64,000 nucleotides of DNA from Marsupella aquatica (GCA_973895155.1 OZ316898.1:5195079-5259078); one strand, 5' to 3'; shown: positions 1 through 13,669, counted from the first letter of the stretch. Made by a program: numbers and translations. Notes: generated by a model from the letters alone, not told the origin.

Positions 1-86
1 ACGACAATTTTGGGAAGATCTAAGAGCCTAGAAGCCATAGGGCCAAAAAAACTGTTATTATAAACTGGAAGGTACGTGTTCCTTCT

Positions 87-308
87 CTGCAGAGCCCAAA
101 CTGCTTCATCTGGATATTAATTTTAAGGTTGATGAAAATACTTTCGTAATGTTCAAGTCACTGCAGAGCCCAAACTGCTTCATCTGGGTATTAATTTTAA
201 GGTTGATGAAAATACTTTCGTAATGTTCAAGTCACTGCAGAGCCCAAACTGCTTCATCTGGGTATTAATTTTAAGGTTGATGAAAATACTTTCGTAATGT
301 TCAAGTCA
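87..308. repeat. Tandem repeat, 3 x 74 bp
   Basis: Unit CTGCAGAGCCCAAACTGCTTCATCTG...GTTCAAGTCA starts at 87, 161 and 235; copies are near-identical. Confidence 0.95.
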
Positions 309-1159
309 GTATCACTAAATAACATCCATATTGTTTTGATTTGTTTTGGCATGAAAGTACAGTAGCTCAAAAGTTGAGTAATCTTTTTGAATCTTTCAAA
401 AAGATCTTTCAAGGCAACCGAAAAAAAAAGTTGAGTGATCTCAGTTTTTCCTTTCAATGGGTTCTCTTGTTTTGTTTGCTGGCGGACAATTAATAATGAA
501 GTCGAACGAAGACGGGTCAATCTTCAGTACATATGTGCTTCAGCTGGGTTTTTGTTTGATTCGTCATCTGGCGGCAACCTTGTAGTCAGATAATTATCAA
601 ACTCATCTCAGTAAAATGTACGTGACCAAGTCTGGCGTACATCCGTGTATCAGAGATGATATGGAACGGGATGACTGAATTAAGGTTTAGACTGACTCCA
701 CCGGAGTGGCATGGGGGCCAAGGTTGATCTCCTAACGAGGATGCTCGATCGATGTTTACATGGTCGGCTCTTCTGGAAAGTGGAAACCTTCCTGGAGGCG
801 GCTTTCTGGAAAACCGTTATACTTCCCGACCTCGTGCGTGGACTCAGGGCCCAAGAGAATCTAAACGGACAAAACTGCAATTGTACTACTGTGACATTGG
901 AATACTCTTGGGCCCTGAGTCACAAGTCGTAGAATGCTTAATAGGAAGCTTCCACTTGTCATATGCTAGGCTCGGATCGAGTCCAAGCTTAAGCCTGATC
1001 GTCCTGTGGACAAAGCAAGGGCTGCATATGATTTTGGAGGGGACTGTACAAGCCAGGGCATCATTCTTGCTAGTACATACTCGACAAACTAGTAAATATA
1101 TGCTATAGATTAGCAAGTTATCTGTTCAAGACATTTGGAACGTCCACTATCTTTCTGAT

Positions 1160-1316
1160 CTAAATTCATGAATTGGTTGGCCAAGTACTGATTTCAGTAC
1201 AACCCAGCTCCAATGAAAATCGTGTTGAAAGTATTAGCCTAAATTCATGAATTGTTTGGCCAAGTACTGATTTCAGTACAACCTAGCTCCAATGATGTGT
1301 TGAAAGTATTAGCCTC
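1160..1316. repeat. Tandem duplication, 2 x ~79 bp
   Basis: CTAAATTCATGAATTG..GGCCAAGTACTGATTTCAGTACAACC..GTGTTGAAAGTATTAGCCT occurs at ~1160 and ~1239. Confidence 0.85.
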
Positions 1317-3759
1317 TGCACTAAATTCAACTGGATGTTGCAACTGTCAGCAGCTCTTATTCAGGACACCGTCGCCAACAGGAAGAAGAGCATCAAAATA
1401 TACTATGGTAGTATCTTCCATCATAAGTTTGAACGGCCATGTATTATAGCGAAGGTGCTCTTGACTGACTGATAAGAACGATTTATCCATTCAACTGGTC
1501 TTCTTTTGAGGAGAGCAGACAGTCGGCTGGAAAACTGTCAAACGCAATGAGTAGATAGAAGAATTTCAACTTCGTACGTATAGACCGAATTCCACAAGCC
1601 GTCTCCTGTAGGGCCCCTTATTTACGACGGGGAGATCGATCATATACTCTTTTGCTTACATTTTGGCAGTGAGTGTCCTGGCATCTAGTTCAGGCTTTCG
1701 GCACTTCGTTCGGAGTGGTGTGTGGGGGTTTGAGGGTGGGTTTAGGGTTTCATTCTCCTCTCCCTTCTCTTAATTCCTCGATCTTTTGCTCGTCCTTTTG
1801 GGACCTGCGCGTCTTGTTTCCTTTGATTCCCTTTCGTCAGGTTTTTTTCCTTTCGGTTTTGAGCTTCCTTCAGCCGCTTCTTTTCTGGCTTTGGTTGCTC
1901 TAGCTGTACCTCAGTCTCCTTGTTTTGCACCGAGTCACACTCAAAATTTCTATTGGGTTTCTTCTATCGAGTTATCACAATAAAGAATACCGGGTATTGG
2001 ACCTTGTCCACGAGACATAAATATTACTTTTAACGAAACATCCACAGATCCAGTAGCAACATAGACGCCTTCGCCACTGTTCTCTCTCTCTCTCTCTGGA
2101 TCTGTCATGTCAAGCAAGAGCAGTGTACATGAAAGTCCAGTCCGCGCGTGTGAGTCACTGTCGCGCGCACGAGATTTGCTGTCGGAGGTTCAGGATCATG
2201 TGAGTTAATTCCGTGAATCCCGCGGAGTCAAACCACTCTGCCCAGACTTATTTAGCCGCTGGCAGCTAAGCCCCTGGCTGTTTCTTCTTTCTTTCTTTCT
2301 TTTAAAATCGGAGCTCAATTATTTGCGAGTCGCCAGGTGAATGCAACGCACGATGTGCAAGGTGATAGGATGAAGGCGAGGGTCCCAGCGGTGAGCTTCC
2401 ATGTCCACCAAGTAAATCAGACCGTAATCTCAAAAACGACTACCAAAAATCTGCCGATGCCGATGCCGATATGTAGCAAAGAACCCCGAAATAACAGGTC
2501 AATCAAGTCAGGAGTAGAAAAATCCTAAGTAAACCAGCTTGGACGACACGAGATACCACAGGTCAATTGCGTTCGAACCGATTAAGTAGCAGGTTAGAGG
2601 AACACGGACCGGAGAATGAGATAGAATCAAGATATACCCCTGTTGATAAACCGAAGAAGGGGAAACTGAAGAGAATGATGCATGGTTTTTAGAAAGTCAT
2701 GGAAGGACGTCTAGGAATCAAAGGAATTAAGGACACACGAGAGCCGGACAAAAAAATGTTGATTAATCAAATTGAAATGAGAAGAGCAGAACAGTGGACC
2801 GTCCGTAACGGTTCACGAATTTCGGCGATGTTGCTGGAGAAAGGCCCCATCGAAGCTAGGTGTGATCCGGGAAGGAGATTACAAGTTAGAGCAGTTGAAC
2901 GCATTCATACAAAATGTGACTGTCTGCAATTAGGGTTTGGGAATGAGTCGTCGAGAGTTGACAGACTGAGTATAAAATCATATATAAGGATATAACCACG
3001 ACTTGCTGGACGAATTGCGAAACAAAATCGGTGCGATGTGCAGACAGAGAGTAAGGATGACACAATCATTATAGCTATAAATGCTAGGAACTGATGGGAT
3101 GGCCGCGGTGGCCCAGGACCATGATTCGGGAGCATTCATCTTTAAAATTAACAAGACGAAAACATCTGTCGATTCTCTCTCCAATCGACTGGCAGCTTGG
3201 TGTGGCGAGGCTCTGGCCAATTTGAACGAGGCACTGGCCACCACTAGGTGGATTCTCCCCATCCACTAAGCCCATTGCTCCCTCTACTCTACTGATGAGT
3301 GTCTGAAGAGCAATTCAAGCCAACAATTCCAGAATTCAAGAACACCGAAACGTTGTTTCTTATTTAATTTGTGGGCTGCTTGCGCTGTGAATAGAGATGG
3401 ACCTCTTCTCTGGACTACTCTTGGGAAATTCTGCCTCATGCTCACCTTACTACTGCCTGTGATGAATCTCCTGCCCAAGGATTCATTCGTGGATTTCGTG
3501 CCCTGTGTCTGATTCTTTCACAACTCCCCTACATTTTGGGCTGCTCGCTAAACTCTGTGTTGCCCCGTTCTTAGACTAGGAGTTTTTTCCACGTCACCAC
3601 TGTGAATCTGTGCTGGACTCGGCTGGGATTCCTGACATCACTGCCCCTTTCCTTCTAGTCCTCATTTTGGATATGGAAGTCAGCCATTGAACTTTGAGAT
3701 TTAACGTTTGCAATTTTGGATGATAATTTGAACAGGCTCTGCCATACGTGTGGAATTTG

Positions 3760-6004
3760 GCCGCGGGGGAGAGCACGTTGAGCTGGCTTTTAATTGTGGC
3801 CCTGGTCTTACTGGTGATGAGCAAGGTAATGTTGGCTTTTGAGTCATCGACATAAATTTTCAGTGAAATCTCTTTGTAATTAGGGTTGCGTCTTATACAG
3901 AAGTATGGGGTCTGATTATTTTTACAGAGGGCGCGCTGTTGCCCTTCCACTGGATAGTAGTGGCTTACTCGTCACGATGCGTAAGAGAGCTAGAAGACTT
4001 ATGAAGTTAGGATGAGGAAGGGAGCTCAATGGGTCTTTATATGAGTACCATATTTGTTGGTTTTGTGAGCGATTTTTGGCTCCTGGATGTTAAGATTATT
4101 CCAAACTATCTCGCTTCTCGTACAACTTGTAAACGAATGTCAATTAAAGTCAAGGTGGAGGTGGTATCCTTAGATGTTCCGAAGAGATCAGACTGAATAC
4201 GTGATGATTTAGCTAAAAATGTGAAATACTTTAATTTGATAACTTCTTAATTTTCTATTGGGTCATGGGATGTGGACTGTTGTGGTAAAGTCAGACTGGC
4301 AATCGCTTGTACCACCATGTCGAGCCAGGCCAGCTGGTGTACATTTGGGCTGACGATCGAGTAAAAACGGTTTGGATTTAAAAGGAATTCATTCGATTAA
4401 AAGTTCATGGAGAGTGACACCGACTTTTACAGGGTTCTTCCCCGGGTTCTCCCTCTTTTGCGTGTGTTATCGTGACCTGGAATGCCTGTTCTGACTCATT
4501 CTGGATGAAGCAGGTGGCAGGGCTTGCTGGACCAGTTTTCTTCAAGAAAGCTATGCACGCTCTCACAGGTCCTACGAACAGTGTTATACAAGGAGGCGAT
4601 GCATGGAACTGTTCTTATTCTCGTGCTTGCAGCTATAAGCAAAGTAAGTGCAATTTCTCGAGGTTTTGGTTCTAGATTCAAACACAGTTCAATCTCCTAC
4701 TTTTGGTTGTTATCTAATGCATTCAAGTCAGGTTCATATTTCAAGAGCAAAACAGCTTGTTAAAAAGGTGAAGAACCCGTGCTGTATGTTACCATCGTCG
4801 AAGCATTGTTTCTTTCATTGTCTACTGGGCTCAACTTCTGGCGTTCTACTCTTTGCTTTTGAATATATATCTCTTTTAAAGTAGATGGCTTCCCTGCCGC
4901 AATCCATTTTCTGCAAGAGTTGTCCACATCCCAATGCTAGGTGACAGTGTTTAGCTGTCCAGGTTCTGGGTGTGAATTTTGCCTCGTGGTCTTTCCATTT
5001 TGAGGTTTTCTTGTGCAAGTCAGGTGTGGTCGGTTTTCTTTCACCGACCACTGCTTATGTGCCCACGTCGTATGGCAGGCTGTTAGTGCTGGGCTCAATG
5101 AGCTTCGGTATTTAGTGTTTGCCCCACTGGGTCAGTTAACGGGAAGAGGAGTGGGTGTGCAATTAGAATTGATCATATCGATCCTTCGGCTGGATCTGGC
5201 CTTCAATCTGGAGCGCAAGAGTGGTGCTCTTACCCGCATACTTGACCGAGCCCAGTGAAGTCTAGTATATATTTTTCGAGCTGTAGGAATGTTAACATTG
5301 CGTCCTGGCTACCAAGAACGCGACGTTGTGACGGTGAGCAAGCCTGCTAGTTCAGATTGCAAATCCGAATCTGAAGCAAAGAAAATAGCTGGATGCAGAG
5401 CGGTTGTCAGCAGCATTGAATGCAGGCAAAGCTTTGATTCTATCTTTCGGTAGTGCTGCGGTTATGGCATTTACGGGCTTGAACGTTGCTAAGGGGAGGA
5501 TGACGATAGGGGACCTTGTTCTTGCAAGTGGTCTCATACTGCAGATCTCAGGACCTTTACAGGTACGTAACCCTCTAAGTGGTCCGCAGTGGAGTTCATT
5601 TGAGTTCACACAAGCAACTGAAGCTTCAAACTTCTGATCCTCCTCTTGGCCTGACAGTTTCTGGGATATCTTTATCGAGATCTACGACAGTCATTGGTTG
5701 ATCTGGAGTTATTCTTCACAATCCTCAGGTAATGAATAAGGCAGTTCTTCCAGTACCACTGGTTTGTCTGTAAACGTAGGTTGTGTTTGAAACCCAAAAT
5801 ACGTAGGTTGTGTTACTTAAACCCTACGTTGCTTTAATTTGTACGAATTGGTGGATGAATTGATCCACCTCATGCCATCTCTATTTTCCATGTGATAGTA
5901 CCAACTCGCAGCTGACCGATGGGACGACAGAGCTTGCTTCCTCATATCAGGGTGTGAAACTGTGGATAAAAAATATACATTTCGGGTACACACCTGCTCG
6001 TGAG
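3760..6004 (+). pseudogene. Truncated ATM1/HMT1-like ABCB half-transporter pseudogene (spliced exons, no nucleotide-binding domain)
   Basis: GT-AG exons: ..3825 (LIVALVLLVMSK); 4514-4643 (VAGLAGPVFFKKAM.., 130 nt, frameshifted); 5079.. (GLNELRYLVF..LDLAFNLERKSGALTRILDRAQ, then TGA at 5256); ..5562 (GRMTIGDLVLASGLILQISGPLQ); 5658-5728 (FLGYLYRDLRQSLVDLE); 5899-6004 (IKNIHFGYTPARE). These match ATM-type transmembrane motifs. The middle TM segment is missing and the sequence stops before Walker A. Confidence 0.85.
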
Positions 6005-7648
6005 GATAGCTTTGCAAAACTTGGTCAACACACTGATAATACAACATGTACCTTGGTGGCTATCGAGAAAAATTTCCTTTCATCCACTTCTAATCCAAAA
6101 CATCAAGAAAGGTTAACAGCATGTTGCAAAACAGTTGTGATTGTGAAAGTATGATAATTATCAGCAATATGATCTGAGGTGGGGTCCTGAATTGATTGGA
6201 CCCCGGATTGGACTCGGCCCACAGTAGTGCTTCAACATAGAAATGTTGTTGTCGCTAGGGGAAGGTTGTTTCCAGAGTGGCACTCCATCAAGAAATACAT
6301 ACTTAAAGCTTGTCCTTGTCCAGTTTCTGAAGGGGAGTCTCCTTCTCAGCGAGTCCAGGACAGAGCATCGACATTGTCGGGACATCTTAATCAGGAAAAT
6401 GTACAATTGTGAAGCTTCTGCTACGGGTCTATGATCCTGACGTGGGAGTTCTATATGTTGATGGCCATGACTTGCGCTCTCTATCACAGGTTTGTCTTTG
6501 ATTTGCTGCTCCCGAGAAGCAGATCCTTGCTAATTATGAATCATTACAATGTGATTCTGAATTTAGAATCTCTAGTTGTGAACTGAAATATTGGCTGAGA
6601 GTTGTTGATGTGTAAAGTAGTCCCAAGGATACTGTAGGTACGTTTTGAACCTGGTTGGCTCTGTTTGATGAAATTCCCCATTCAGCTGAAAGCGGAGTAG
6701 ATTCTGCAATTGCTCAGGGGCCCACTAATGACGAAAAAATTGCTTTGTGATACAGAAATCTATTCGTAACACACTGGCAGTTGTTCCACAAGATACGGTA
6801 TAAACTCCTCTGCATCCCCTTGATCTCACAATGAGACAGCACGATGGCCGTTCCCCCACGTTCCGGAATAGGGGAGAACTTCACATCTGATGCATCTGCA
6901 AAAGCCTTCATTAGCCCAACCGACCACACAGATGTCACAGCTAGCACCGGATCTGTAAACCAGGAAAACAATGAGCCATTCAATCCATAAAATCGAGAGA
7001 GGAGGATTGCTGGGATCAGCTTCTCGGCCTCATGGTGTGGACTAAGCCCCACTTCGTACTAGCTAGGCATCATTTTCATGTCACCAACCATCTGGGTTCC
7101 GTGGATCCACAGTGCGAATTTTTCTCTGAAATGCACATTCCCATCCTTCGTATAGATCACAAGGTCTTTTCATGGCTGTTCTTGTGGCAAAAAGTGCCTT
7201 GAGCCAAGGATCTTTCATTCACGGAGAGAGTTGCAACGTTTTGAGCCCTGAAAGAGAGCTTTATGCATACAAGTTGAGGAAAAAAATAGAATCTTTTCAC
7301 GTGCTGTTGAGGGCACCCTCTATTTCTACAGAATATCTTGCACGTTTTTCATGGAAAGTAAAGAAGGTCTGATCTTTGAGCGGACATTTTGGGCAGGGCT
7401 AAAAGCTCATTGGGGTGACAAATTCTCACGTGGACACTTGAATTTCGTGGTTGTCTTTGAAGGACTCAACCATCTTACATGGCACTACTTGAGGATTAGA
7501 ATGGCCAACTAGAGGAAGCTAGAAAGGTCTATTTTTTTGAGACTCTTACATGCAAGATGACATTAAATCCCATATTTACAACTTAGACCACATATACACA
7601 CCAAGACTTATAAAATCAACTTATATAATCAAGCTCCATGAATTACAT

Positions 7649-8566
7649 TCAAGAGCAAAACATTCGAGAAAATAGTTGATCATGGCCAGCCTGAAATATC
7701 TCTAAGAGTGGAGAAGTTTGATGCGCTTGTTGTAAAGGCTTGTTGGCATACTTTTCCAACAAGGTCTCAGCCTCAAAAGCTACCTTGCGTTGAAGTCTGG
7801 CTGCCTCCATAGGGCCTGTGATGTTAAGCCTTGTGCCGGCTGACAATATGTCTCTAAGGGACAGAAATAAATACGAACGTTGTGCTGTGAGCTCACTTAC
7901 GCCTAGAAGTCCACAAAGCACTCCAAAAAGCGGCGCATGGTGAGGAGTTGTACAAACAGGCGCGAACAGACAGACTTTCATCTTCTTCAGCTCAGGCAGA
8001 TGAGTGAACACTGTGACACCAGTCCGTAGAAGAGCAGATCCTTGAGTCAAGGAAGCCTTTCGAGCTACATGGTTGGTGAGAGTAGCATTCAAAAGCCGAT
8101 TTAGCTGTAACCAGCATTCGGTGTTGGGGAGCCTAGTGCCTGCAAAGACAAAAGGTAAGAGGAGCGCTGCATTGTTCTGCAGAGAATTAAGGAGAAACCT
8201 CTCCAGTGTTAAAGAATCATAAACTGATCCTGCTTGGACTGAAGCCTCCAGACCATAAGAATGGGCAAAACCTCCTGTGGGAAAAAGAGAGTCCAATAAT
8301 TGCCACAAAGTCCAATCCATAGTCCCACTCTCTGGAGCCTTGTCATTATGGATGGAGCAGATGGTAGGAATCTCTTCACTGTCCATTTCGTCAGAAGCAT
8401 CCGTGAGAAAACTTGTCACTAACTTGAGAGCACATTCCTTGCTCAAATTCCCCTCAGCTACACCTTCTGCAACATGAAAACTGGTGTCCTCTTCATTTTC
8501 CACCTCCGAAGTGGAAGCTGTTCCACTGGTGCTCACCGCTCTACTCTCTCTACGACGTTTGACCAT
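7649..8566 (-). CDS. UREF: Urease accessory protein F
   Basis: 305-aa intronless ORF with WQLLDSLFPTGGFAHSYGLEA, ARKASLTQGSALLR, HHAPLFG and the terminal H..LFSRMFCS of plant UreF. Confidence 0.96.
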   Translation of the reverse strand: MVKRRRESRAVSTSGTASTSEVENEEDTSFHVAEGVAEGNLSKECALKLVTSFLTDASDEMDSEEIPTICSIHNDKAPESGTMDWTLWQLLDSLFPTGGFAHSYGLEASVQAGSVYDSLTLERFLLNSLQNNAALLLPFVFAGTRLPNTECWLQLNRLLNATLTNHVARKASLTQGSALLRTGVTVFTHLPELKKMKVCLFAPVCTTPHHAPLFGVLCGLLGVSELTAQRSYLFLSLRDILSAGTRLNITGPMEAARLQRKVAFEAETLLEKYANKPLQQAHQTSPLLEIFQAGHDQLFSRMFCS

Positions 8567-8593
8567 CTTCTGAGGTGTCCACCGATGACTACC

Positions 8594-8653
8594 TCATCCC
8601 ATTTGTGAACTCTCCTTCGACAGAATTGTACTATCAATTGATATCATCGACAT
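8594..8653 (-). promoter_or_regulatory. Upstream ORF (19 codons) in the putative UreF 5' leader
   Basis: ATG at 8653 encodes MSMISIDSTILSKESSQMG*. It is in frame with the UreF ATG and ends 27 nt before it, downstream of a candidate acceptor (GGCAG, ~8670). Confidence 0.5.
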
Positions 8654-9269
8654 TTCGTTCAACAATGCCCTGCCAGTATTCACAATTCAGAAAGGTCGAA
8701 TTCCTTCAAATTACTCCACAGTAGACCCCACGTATGAACACAATTCAACCGCCGTAACCCTGAGGAAATCATGACCAGCACCAGAACTCTATGTTCGGGA
8801 AACTAAGGAAACCGTGACCAAAGCAGCACTGGTAAAAATCTCCCGCACACGTCCATGCCCCCCCCCCCCTTGGGAAACTACATTAAAGATCGCAAGCCTC
8901 ACCCACATCAAGAGTGCGTTGACCGCTGAACAAACGATCTAGCTGATGCATAGATTAGTCTGCTGCAATCTAGAATCCAAGAGAAAGGCTAGGCACCTCA
9001 GAGTTGTACGATTTCACATCGACTTTCCCATTCTTCAGCAGCGCATCGATGACCTTCACATTTCCTTCTTGTACGGCTCGGAAGAACGACACCGAATTGC
9101 TCGCTGTCGTTGCTGCTCAGGCCATCCTCCTCTGCCTCCTCTGCCTGACTGCGCCTACCCCCTAGCTGCTTCACCCCATCTCACCAAATCCTTCGCAGCT
9201 GCTTTCTTCACGGAATCGTGCTCTTTCCACTCCCCTGTCGATCTGCTCTCCCATCTCATGAACTTCAGC

Positions 9270-9362
9270 CAAATCTCGAGCAATTCAACTCCAATCTTCT
9301 CAAATCTCGAGCAATTCAACTCCAATCTTCTCAAATCTCGAGCAATCGAACTCCAATCTTCT
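9270..9362. repeat. Tandem repeat, 3 x 31 bp upstream of UreF
   Basis: CAAATCTCGAGCAATTCAACTCCAATCTTCT at 9270, 9301 and 9332. Confidence 0.9.
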
Positions 9363-11221
9363 CCACACAACTCAGCTGGAAACCCCCACACTAGTTCATT
9401 CCCTGATTTGTGAACTCAGGTACGAGAGCAGCCCTCAACACGAAGTTTCTCCATCCTTCTCTCTCACTCATCTCCTTTGCTCAATTGTGCCTCACTGCAT
9501 CTCTCGTACACATCGGCTTATTTTTTAGGTCCAATTTTTCGCCAAACAGATTTTTACTAACCTATTTCCCAAACTATTAACCTATCCCCCAAACTACTCA
9601 CGTGCCCCCCAAAACAAAATTAATTATCAACTAGTCTCGCATTTTGTATTGGGGTCACTATTAACTTTTATATGGGTTCTTGGGGAGATGGAATTTCACC
9701 TCCCCAAAATGTTTTTGCCCATTTTTGGCTAAAACTCGCTAGATTTTTTTTATACTATTAGCCAGTTTCCCACCAAATCATGGACCCCATCAGCCAGAAT
9801 CTAATGATTGTCCGTAATTCTAGGGATATCTGACGGTCACGAAATAATTCAGGAAAAACAAATAAAGAATATCCTCAGCATCTCCTCCTTCACTTTTTAT
9901 TTTAGTAGTGGCTGTGAAGAAAAAGGCCCTCCTTGTGGACTATTTTATAGTAAATAATTGATTTATAGATTGAAGTGAAATACACATAACAATTGAATTA
10001 AATTATTAATGTGTTATTTATTTATAAATTTAATGAACAGTCGTTTCTCTTGAATAAGCCTTTCATCTAACCAATCACAAAAAGAATAAAAGTCATTTGA
10101 TTGACCAAAAATGATTTTTTGAAAACAGCCCTTGCTGTTCTTGGGAACTTTGTGACTGAAACCAGATGCGCCAACTTGCTACCTACATGCTACTTACATT
10201 AGAGATACATCTTAAAGTGGTTACCTTATATTAGAGTTAGCCATATTAAAGTGGTTGAAACTAGATTAGTCCACCAGTATTTTGTATACCAGCACCTTAT
10301 ATTCAAGTTACTAGCCAGTGCTTAGTTTGAACACAAATAGAGGTGAATACATTCAAGTCCCCCTCTCCTATCTTCAGAGGCTCCTCTGACGGGGTTCCCG
10401 TCACTGAAAATCCTCGATGATTGTGAACTGGGGTTACGCCATGTAAATAACCATTGTAAATGCGCCAGTTTTTTTTAATTTTTGAAGTTAATTCCGTCAC
10501 TTATGAGGGACCGGAATATTTTATACGTTGGGCCCCTTAGAAATAGAATTTGACGGAAGGCCCTACTTTGGGGGATTCCCCATTATGTTATGGCCATTTC
10601 CGAGGACCCCAATAGCAAGGAGTAGGGAGCGGAACTTTAAGTGTTAGGATAAAAGGGTATATAAGGGGGTGTTTTGTTTTTTATGTTTTTTTGTTAAAGG
10701 CCATGGTGCTACCGCGAGGGCTTGCATAGGGAAACGTGCTGCCAAGGAGCCCATAAGGGGCAACCCTAGGTGCTGACATGTGGAATCTCGGAGGGCTCCG
10801 CGAGTAATTGAGGAGACTGCTGGGCGCTCGGGAATTTAAAAGGAAGAAATGGGGGGTTTTTTTTTAAACCCCAAAAGGGGACCCGCGAGTGATACTTGAG
10901 GAGGAGCCGAGGCGGAGCCAGACCGACCCGGGGCGAAGGAGGCGCGAGACCGGGGGGGCGCTAGGGAGTTAGGGGGGGGTTAAACCCCCAATACGGGGCA
11001 GCCAGGGCGAGCCACCATAAGGAGGCGAGCCCCCCATAACGCCGCAGCCGCGTGGCGGGGTGAGCGAGCCGGGGTGAGGGGGCAACGTGCGAAGACTACA
11101 GGGGCGGCAAGGTGCTGCCAAAGCACAACAGAGCCGGGAGGCTCCCGCGAGTTGTTAGGGAGAGGGGAGCAGCCGGGTGGCGGAGGAGCCGAAGGCCCTC
11201 CCGCGAGCCATGAATGAATAA

Positions 11222-11330
11222 GGGGGCGCGGGGGCCCGCAACCGGGGAAGCAGAGAGGGGGGCGCGGGGGCCCGCAACCGGGGAAGCAGAGAGGGGGGCG
11301 CGGGGGCCCGCAACCGGGGAAGCAGAGAGG
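11222..11330. repeat. GC-rich tandem repeat, 3 x 36 bp
   Basis: GGGGCGCGGGGGCCCGCAACCGGGGAAGCAGAGAG.. repeated three times (reads GARGPATGEAER x3). Confidence 0.9.
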
Positions 11331-11924
11331 AGGGCACGGGGGCAGCCGCGAGCCCTGCATAGGGCCGCGTGCCGCCACAAGAAGGGAAGCCGGGGCGCAA
11401 GGCGCGAGCCAGTGGCTGCAACCGGGGGACGAGAAAGAGCGCAGCCGAAAAGAAAAAAATAGACGGGAAGGGCAAAGGGAGGGGGTTCCTCCCCTTTCCA
11501 TGGTTGGGTTGTTTTTTTCTCCCTTCTTTTCTTTCTCCGCCGCGCGCGACTCCTGTCATTGCCAAAAGCAAAACTTGGTGTTTTCTCAACTCCTGGCCGA
11601 AAGCTCTCTCGAGCTCTTGCAATTATTTTTGAAGCTCTCTCAGGGTGGATTGTGAGAGCTTGGGGGCTCACAATTTCCGGGCATTAGCGGCGGCGGCATT
11701 TAGTGACCTCTAGGGAAATTGAGGGTGGTTCTTAATCGTGATACGGGGGCGTTCGGGCCAGGACTTACATTCGGTGACGGGATTTTGTGATTGAGTATTT
11801 TTCTGGAGCATGGATGCTTGATCGGCCTGAGTTCAGCGTGACTCGCATTCGTAGATACAAGGCCGCTTACCGTGAGTACATTGCGACACTAATTGAGGAG
11901 GAGAGAGAAGAAAGAAGAGCGACA

Positions 11925-13669
11925 ATGAGCATTGGACCAGCAGCAAGTCCAGCACCGGTTATGATGAAGGTTTTCCGTCAAATTTATCCCAAGACCTCTG
12001 CCAGGGTGATGGAGGATTGCAAAGCTATGTTCCAGGCCACCGGGCTCACTGACTTCATGAGAGTAGAGATTAAAATCCCTCCAGGGAAGAGTTGGGACTT
12101 GGATGCTGGAATGGAATTGCGCATGGAGGGGATTTATTTCGCATGTATTCAGCGTTTAGTACATCATACCAAATTGGCTAAACTGTTGTTTTTGGAGAAA
12201 CAGCAGTTCTCATTCACCCCTCGAAACATCGTCGGGGATCTCACGTTGACAATGGTGGCATGCTGGGTGAACAATCCTACCTCCACCACGGCCATTCATC
12301 TCTCGGTCGTCAAGGATGCAGCGCACAAGGGATTTCTGGCCAAGGTTCATCAACGGGTCCTCGGTAATGTGCAATCCGGTGTAGTGAACGGGGAGCATTT
12401 CATAATTGCTCTGGATATTTGGAAATATCTAGCCCATGCTTACGGATTAACAAAGCTATTGGATGTTGAACCCAAGAGTCTGAAACCAGGGGGAGCTTTG
12501 CATTTGATGGGGTCATTTTTGTTGGCCAGGGCAGAAGGATCGATTACCTCCCCGGGGCCCGAAGAAGCTGGGTCATCCCTTACCACAAAAATCCACAACA
12601 TTGCCACTACCATCTTGGGGAAACTCACGGAGGTGCTAGTAGTATCAGTAGGAATAGGAGACGATCAAGTTGAGGAAGACATCCAGGATGAGGAGTACAC
12701 ATTGGAGTGGCTGGAATCTCTGGTGGGGAACCCAGAAGAGCCCCTTGCTTACGACATTCCAGAGGTCTACTTGGCAGAATTACAGGATTTTCGTGAAAGG
12801 GCCCATGAGGGGCTCAAGCTAGCCCACACATTGAGAGATGCGCTCAAGCAGGCCAACACAAGGGTGGAAACATTGCAGCAGGGTGCCACGTCGATGAAGG
12901 AGGTGATCAAAGCTAAGGAAGAAGCCATACAAGAGAAGGCCAAGCTTCTCCAGATGGCTCAAGTGGAGATTTCTCACTTGAGGGGGGCCTTGTCTACCAA
13001 GGCCAAAGAAGCGGAGGAAGTTGGAGTGCTGAGAGAAGCATTGGCCAAAGAGAAGCGGAACACGGGAGAAGTTAAGTGGAAAGGTTAAGAGGCCAAATTG
13101 CATAACTACGGAGTCAGGTGGGGATCTTTGAGACTAGGGCCAAAAGGAGTGAGGCCTTGAGTCTTGGGAAGCGGAAGAGTCCCTGCCCACCTAGCTCCAC
13201 GCTCTCCCCTGATCTGGTCTCCAAGGCCATTGAGATGGTGGTGAAGGAAGTAAGTGAGAAGTACGGTCCCCTGCTGGAAGCTGCCAAGAAGAATCAGGAG
13301 AAGAATAAAAGCTTGGAGAAAAAGCTCAAGGAGGTACGTAAGTCGTTACGGGAGGCCCAGGTCAATACGGGAACCCCGGGGATGCCACCCAGATCTGTGA
13401 CACCAGGGACTCCCATGGCCACCGGGCAGGTTTTACCGTTGGAGTTGCAATCTAGAGAGGAGGCTGCCTTGTGGAAGGATACCATCGGTGACGGCTATGT
13501 CAGGGCTTGGCAAGCCTTGGCGGCGTTGAGGAAGCAAGGGAGCACTAGCGGGAGGAGTACACCTGTGAAGAAGAAGAGAAGCGGAGTAGTCTCCACTTCG
13601 ATTGAGAGCGACGAAGAGACCAACTCACGTGGCTCAAGTCATGGCACCGTGAGTGAGGAGGAGGACTAG
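11925..13669 (+). pseudogene. Disrupted ~580-codon ORF of unknown function: globular N-terminal part, acidic linker, long coiled coil, basic/Ser-rich tail
   Basis: ORFs 11787-13088 and 13118-13669 join via a frameshift near 13070 (VERLRGQIA*LRSQVGIFETRAK in the second frame). The ATG at 11925 is a plausible start. Heptad E/K/A/L-rich segments are present. Confidence 0.6.

Noticed and set aside
5256-5258. In-frame stops (here, 48733 and in RPL18a) as U-to-C editing or readthrough sites
   Set aside because: These are nuclear loci with additional frameshifts or truncations; C>T and G>A decay explains them simply.
7649-8566. Intronless UreF as bacterial horizontal transfer or contamination
   Set aside because: The sequence has plant-type motifs, plant UreF coding regions are commonly intronless, and no ure operon is present.
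9656-9910. CACTA-like ends (CACTATT.. / ..TAGTAGTG)
   Set aside because: The inverted match is short and the 3-bp flanks (GGT vs GCT) differ; insufficient support.
10980-11671. Overlapping Pro/Arg/Ala-rich ORFs on both strands
   Set aside because: By-products of high GC content and the 36-bp repeat.
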